A stretch of 64,000 nucleotides of DNA from an uncultured Senegalimassilia sp. (lineage in GTDB: Bacteria > Actinomycetota > Coriobacteriia > Coriobacteriales > Eggerthellaceae). The notes under the pieces were generated by a model. The model was not told where the DNA came from, made no database searches, and saw only the letters and a list, made by a program, of their open reading frames with translations. This document shows, piece after piece, positions 60,397-64,000 of the stretch. The stretch covers positions 19,470 to 83,469 of the forward strand of contig NZ_CAKUAT010000012.1 of the NCBI RefSeq assembly GCF_934636665.1, read 5' to 3'. The number at the start of each line of letters is the position of its first letter. Position 1 is the stretch's first letter. Both the position numbers and the translations under genes were made by a program.

Positions 60397-61560
60397 ATGG
60401 CGGTCAATCGTTTCGTGCTCAACAACATCTCGTATCACGGCGCCGGCGCGATCGGGGAGATTCCCGGCGAGATCACGCGCCGCGGTTTTGCGAAGGCGTT
60501 CGTGTGCTCCGACCCTGACCTGGTGAGATTCGGCGTCACGGGCAAGGTGACGGCCAAGCTCGACGAGGTCGGCATCCCGTGGGAGCTTTACGACCAGATC
60601 AAGCCCAACCCCACCATCAAGAACGTGCAGGACGGCGTGGCTGCGTTCAATGCTTCCGGCGCCGACATGATCGTGGCCGTGGGCGGCGGTTCGGCCATGG
60701 ACACCGCCAAGGGCATCGGCATCATCGCGGAGAACCCCGAGTTCGCCGACGTGGTCTCGCTCGAGGGCGTGGCGCCCACGAAGAACCACGCCACGTTCAC
60801 CATCGCCGTCCCCACCACGGCGGGCACGGCGGCCGAGGTCACCATCAACTATGTGATCACCGACCCGGAAAAGGTGCGCAAGTTCGTGTGCGTCGACGTC
60901 AACGACATCCCCGATGTGGCGGTGGTCGACCCCGACATGATGGCCAGCATGCCGGCGGGCCTGACCGCGGCCACGGGCATGGACGCGCTCACGCACGCCA
61001 TCGAGGGCTACACCACGAAGGGCGCGTGGGAGCTGTCCGACATGTTCCACCTGAAGGCCATCGAGCTGATCTCGAAGAACCTGCGCGCGGCGTACGCCGA
61101 GGCGAAGTCGGGCGAGCCGGGCGCCGGCCGCGAGGGCATGGCGCTTGGCCAGTACGTCGCCGGCATGGGCTTCTCCAACGTCGGCCTGGGCATCGACCAT
61201 GCCATGGCGCACACGCTGTCGGCGCACTATGACACGCCGCACGGCGTGGCGTGCGCAATGCTGCTGCCGGTGGCCATGGAGTTTAACAAGCCGGCGTGCG
61301 CCGAGCGTCTGGTCGACGTGGCGCACGCCATGGGCGTCGACGTTGCGGGTATGAGCGCGGAAGAGGCCGCCGATGCCGCCATCGCCGCCGTGCGCCAGCT
61401 GTCCGCCGACGTGGAGATCCCGCACACCTGCAACGGTCTGGTGGCGGAAGACCTCGAGCAGCTGGCAACCGACGCTATGGCCGACGCCTGCTTCCCGGGC
61501 AATCCCCGCGAAGCCGACCACGCCCAGGTGGTCGACCTGTTCCGCAAGGTGATGGCGTAA
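60397..61560 (+). CDS. iron-containing (group III) alcohol dehydrogenase (FucO/DhaT-like)
   Basis: GGGSAMDTAKG, metal-binding His pattern …HAIEGYTT…GLGIDHAMAHTLSAHYDTPHG. Confidence 0.9.
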   Translation: MAVNRFVLNNISYHGAGAIGEIPGEITRRGFAKAFVCSDPDLVRFGVTGKVTAKLDEVGIPWELYDQIKPNPTIKNVQDGVAAFNASGADMIVAVGGGSAMDTAKGIGIIAENPEFADVVSLEGVAPTKNHATFTIAVPTTAGTAAEVTINYVITDPEKVRKFVCVDVNDIPDVAVVDPDMMASMPAGLTAATGMDALTHAIEGYTTKGAWELSDMFHLKAIELISKNLRAAYAEAKSGEPGAGREGMALGQYVAGMGFSNVGLGIDHAMAHTLSAHYDTPHGVACAMLLPVAMEFNKPACAERLVDVAHAMGVDVAGMSAEEAADAAIAAVRQLSADVEIPHTCNGLVAEDLEQLATDAMADACFPGNPREADHAQVVDLFRKVMA

Positions 61561-61668
61561 GGTTGCGTTTCCGGGTGCGGCCTCGCGGATAAGACTGTGC
61601 GCGAAGGGTCGTAAACGCAGGAGAGCGTGAGTACGCCGCCAAAGGGCCAGCAGTTTGAGCGACGGTAA

Positions 61669-61706
61669 GGGCCAGCAACTCGTTTCGAGTTGCTGGCCCT
61701 TTTTTG
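61669..61706 (+). terminator. rho-independent terminator ggccagcaactcg-tttc-gagttgctggcc-cttttttgg
   Basis: 13-bp stem + U-tract. Confidence 0.75.
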
Positions 61707-61986
61707 GCGGCGAAGCGGTGTGGGCGCCGATGACGTCACGGTGGTGCGTCGGTGGGGTCGCCACGATGTGCTTGTTCGAGCTGCATGTTCGATATCGAGC
61801 TCGGTCTGGTGCTGCTTTGGGGTTTTGCGGCGCGGCGCGGGTTTCCGCTTTGCGGCCCAAGATGTTCTTTTCGCCATAGGGCGTGCCAATTACCAGGAGA
61901 AACCGTTCGTCGATGAAGTCATTTCGGCAATCTTGGGCACAGCTGTGCGTTTGCTATGCTGAAGCCCCCCAATTGAAGGAGGCGAC

Positions 61987-62463
61987 ATGCGCAAGAACGG
62001 TAACATGCTTGAATGGGCAATTGAGGTTGCGGTGGTCGTTGCAATCGTGCTCTTGCTGATGGGAGCATGCTTTTGGGTGGTTCCGCATCTTCAGAAAATG
62101 GATCGCTCATCGTCGCCTACGTTCTCGGTCTTTGACGCCGAAGATGCACAATCGAAAAGGGGAAGCGTTCCGCAATCCGACGATATGGTTGGCGGTATCG
62201 ACGATGTGGTCTTTCATGGTAAAGGGGTTGTGACGTCTTTGGACGCCGCCGCGCTCATTGCGTGCATTCGCATAACGTCAGAGGATTCTTATGGTCTTGA
62301 GCAAGGCGGAGAATATCGCTTCAATTTCGATGAGCGCTTCGAACAAGTAAAGCTTACGCTCGATGGTATCGATGTTGGCAGCGTTGTGGATTTTCGCTAT
62401 CGAGCCATTACCTGCGACAAGGAAGGAACCCTCGTGGGCGAGTTCATTACGCTGGCGCTATAG
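61987..62463 (+). CDS. small membrane-anchored hypothetical protein (158 aa) on an inserted cassette
   Basis: N-terminal TM helix WAIEVAVVVAIVLLLMGACFWVV; lower GC than flanks. Confidence 0.5.
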   Translation: MRKNGNMLEWAIEVAVVVAIVLLLMGACFWVVPHLQKMDRSSSPTFSVFDAEDAQSKRGSVPQSDDMVGGIDDVVFHGKGVVTSLDAAALIACIRITSEDSYGLEQGGEYRFNFDERFEQVKLTLDGIDVGSVVDFRYRAITCDKEGTLVGEFITLAL

Positions 62464-62854
62464 GCTGCGGAAGGGTTTCGCGGTGCCGCTTGTGTTTGGG
62501 TGAACAGGGTGGTGCGGCGCTTCCGGGGTATCTGCGGTGCTCGTGGCCGAAAATGCGAGAGATGCGCAACTGCGGAGGGTTCGATAGGGTATCCGGGTGC
62601 AGTTGGGCAGCAAATGCGGCGTTCAAGGTCGATTTCGCCGCATCGAGACCCGGATTCGGCTCCAATCCGGGTCGTGTCGGTGCAACGCACGGTTTTTGTC
62701 CATCACGCGGTCTTTTACCAAGCGTGTTGCCCTCGAAGGGTCGCGTCCGTCGGGCGCGATTTGATTTGGGGCGCTCTTGCGTGCTCCAAAGCGCGGACAG
62801 CAAACGCGCCAGGCGAACGAGGGGCGTCGGGCGAATAGGGGATGATGAGCGGGC

Positions 62855-62904
62855 GAACGGGGGACGGAGGGGCGTTGCTGTGAACGCACCTCCGTCCCCC
62901 GTTC
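62855..62904. repeat. full hairpin copy of the palindromic element (gaacgggggacggaggggcgtt-gctgtg-aacgcacctccgtcccccgttc)
   Basis: Direct reading. Confidence 0.8.
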
Positions 62905-62944
62905 GCGTTCCCCAACCACTCGGCAGCCGGTAACCTGCAGCTTT

Positions 62945-63002
62945 GCGAAGCCGACCACGCCCAGGTGGTTGACCTGTTCCGCAAGGTCATGGCGTAAGGT
63001 AG
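62945..63002. repeat. ~55-bp duplicate of the 3' end of the Fe-ADH gene (cf. 61508-61565), marking the distal end of a ~1.4-kb insertion
   Basis: gaagccgaccacgcccaggtggt[c/t]gacctgttccgcaaggt[g/c]atggcgtaagg at both sites. Confidence 0.8.
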
Positions 63003-63184
63003 CCGTGCGCAGGCCCCGAGCTAAGGCGCTGGCGCGGAACCAGAACGGCCGCGATAAAGGCGTAACCTACTAGGGGTCGTCCCCGGAAGAACTCCGGGGA
63101 CGACCCCTTCTTGCTGCAAGCGATTCTCTTGTGGGCGCATATGCATCCCGGTGACCCCTGGACAGATCAAAGCCAGGGCTTGGC

Positions 63185-64000
63185 TTAGGCCTCGAACGGG
63201 TTGTCCTTGTCCTCGGGCTTCTGCTGGGCGGCCTGGGCTGCGAGGATGTCCGGGAGGATCGAGGAGGAGCCCTCGAAGCCTGACGGGAGCAGGATGGTCG
63301 AGGCCTTGCCGGATTCAGCGAACGACCCCATCATCTCCACCCACTGGGTGTACGTGAACAGGTCGTTCGCTTCCTTGGCTGACACGCCCGAGGACTTGAT
63401 CACGTCAAGCGATGCAGCGATGCCGTCGGCGATGGCCTTGCGCTGGTTCGCGATGCCGATGCCCGTCTGCTCCATGGCCTCGGCCTGGGCGCGCGCGGCC
63501 ACGACGGTCTTGGTACGCTCGGCCTCGGCAAGCGCCTTCGCCGCCTCCTGGTCGCGCTGCGCGGAGTTGATCGCGTTCATTGAGCGCTCGACGTCCTTCG
63601 GCAGCTCGATGTCGGTGATGAGCGTGGTGATGATGTCGTAGCCGTAGCCCGCCATGAGCTCCGTCACGGAGTCCTTCACGTTTTGCGCGATGAGGTCCTT
63701 GTTGTCGAACACCTCGTCGAGCGTGTAGCCGGGGATGGCCGAGCGCAGGGCGTCGGCGATGTAGCTTTCCATCTGGTCGATGGGGTTGCTCAGGATGTAG
63801 TAGCTGCGGTAGACGCCCGACTGCTCGACGGTTTGGGCGGGCATCTGGTCGACGCGGAACTGAACCGACACCGCCGTGCCGATGGTCACGTTGTCCTTGG
63901 TCTTGCCGTTGAGCGAGTAGCGCGCCTCCTGGGTGCGCAGGTTGACCTCGGCGGCGCGGCGTTCGATGATCGGGATCAGGAAGTGAAGGCCCGGCTGCAC
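63185..64000 (-). CDS. SPFH/band-7 (stomatin/prohibitin-like) protein, N-terminus beyond window end
   Basis: …NVTIGTAVSVQFRV…YIADALRSAIPGYTLDEVF… and Ala/Glu-rich coiled segment typical of SPFH proteins; ORF runs off the window. Confidence 0.8.
   Translation of the reverse strand: MQPGLHFLIPIIERRAAEVNLRTQEARYSLNGKTKDNVTIGTAVSVQFRVDQMPAQTVEQSGVYRSYYILSNPIDQMESYIADALRSAIPGYTLDEVFDNKDLIAQNVKDSVTELMAGYGYDIITTLITDIELPKDVERSMNAINSAQRDQEAAKALAEAERTKTVVAARAQAEAMEQTGIGIANQRKAIADGIAASLDVIKSSGVSAKEANDLFTYTQWVEMMGSFAESGKASTILLPSGFEGSSSILPDILAAQAAQQKPEDKDNPFEA

Overview
This is a high-GC Actinobacteria-type chromosomal segment. The paired Tat-exported flavoprotein reductases with membrane multihaem cytochrome c partners suggest an Eggerthellaceae/Coriobacteriia-like genome (inference). 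The left ~37 kb (roughly 0-37 kb) is a mosaic defense/mobile island with patchy lower-GC inserts at about 11.1-20 kb, 21-23 kb and 25-26.2 kb.

The island contains: a YafQ-like toxin; a 686-aa protein with a HEPN-like motif plus a winged-helix regulator; an Abi_2 gene; a lone tandem DinJ antitoxin; a DUF4411/ImmA-IrrE pair; a frameshifted IS3; a lower-GC 4-5 gene cassette (small proteins, SMC/ABC-like ATPase with a frameshift in a G5 tract, HEPN effector); a UvrD-like helicase decapitated by an IS3 fragment; an AbiJ-like HEPN protein; an unknown 467-aa protein; a Septu PtuA/PtuB pair bracketed by IS256 remnants; a degraded IS3 and a near-complete IS256; and an orphan AbiEi. Island segments are delimited by three direct copies of a composite repeat (conserved hairpin plus a 3' fragment of a sugar-transferase gene).

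Next to the island is the most striking candidate novel system: a WYL (BrxR/CapW-like) regulator divergent from a translationally coupled pair encoding a 1254-aa P-loop/SF2-helicase protein with a C-terminal PD-(D/E)xK-like motif and a 722-aa unknown protein. The pair is flanked on both sides by the same ~80-bp palindromic element. Downstream are a DUF4365-like protein, a tandem-repeat protein, a VirD4/TraG-like coupling ATPase, ClpP, and a 1.3-kb gene-free repeat-rich region.

The right half is housekeeping/metabolic: a MaoC hotdog protein, a nitroreductase, a ~2280-aa LRR/Ig surface adhesin, VapBC, two paralogous flavoprotein-reductase + multihaem cytochrome c operons separated by TrmO/TsaA-like and TetR genes, an Fe-alcohol dehydrogenase followed by a small insertion cassette, and a partial SPFH protein. 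No rRNA, tRNA or CRISPR array was found. Many long ORFs in the six-frame track are antisense artefacts of the high GC content.
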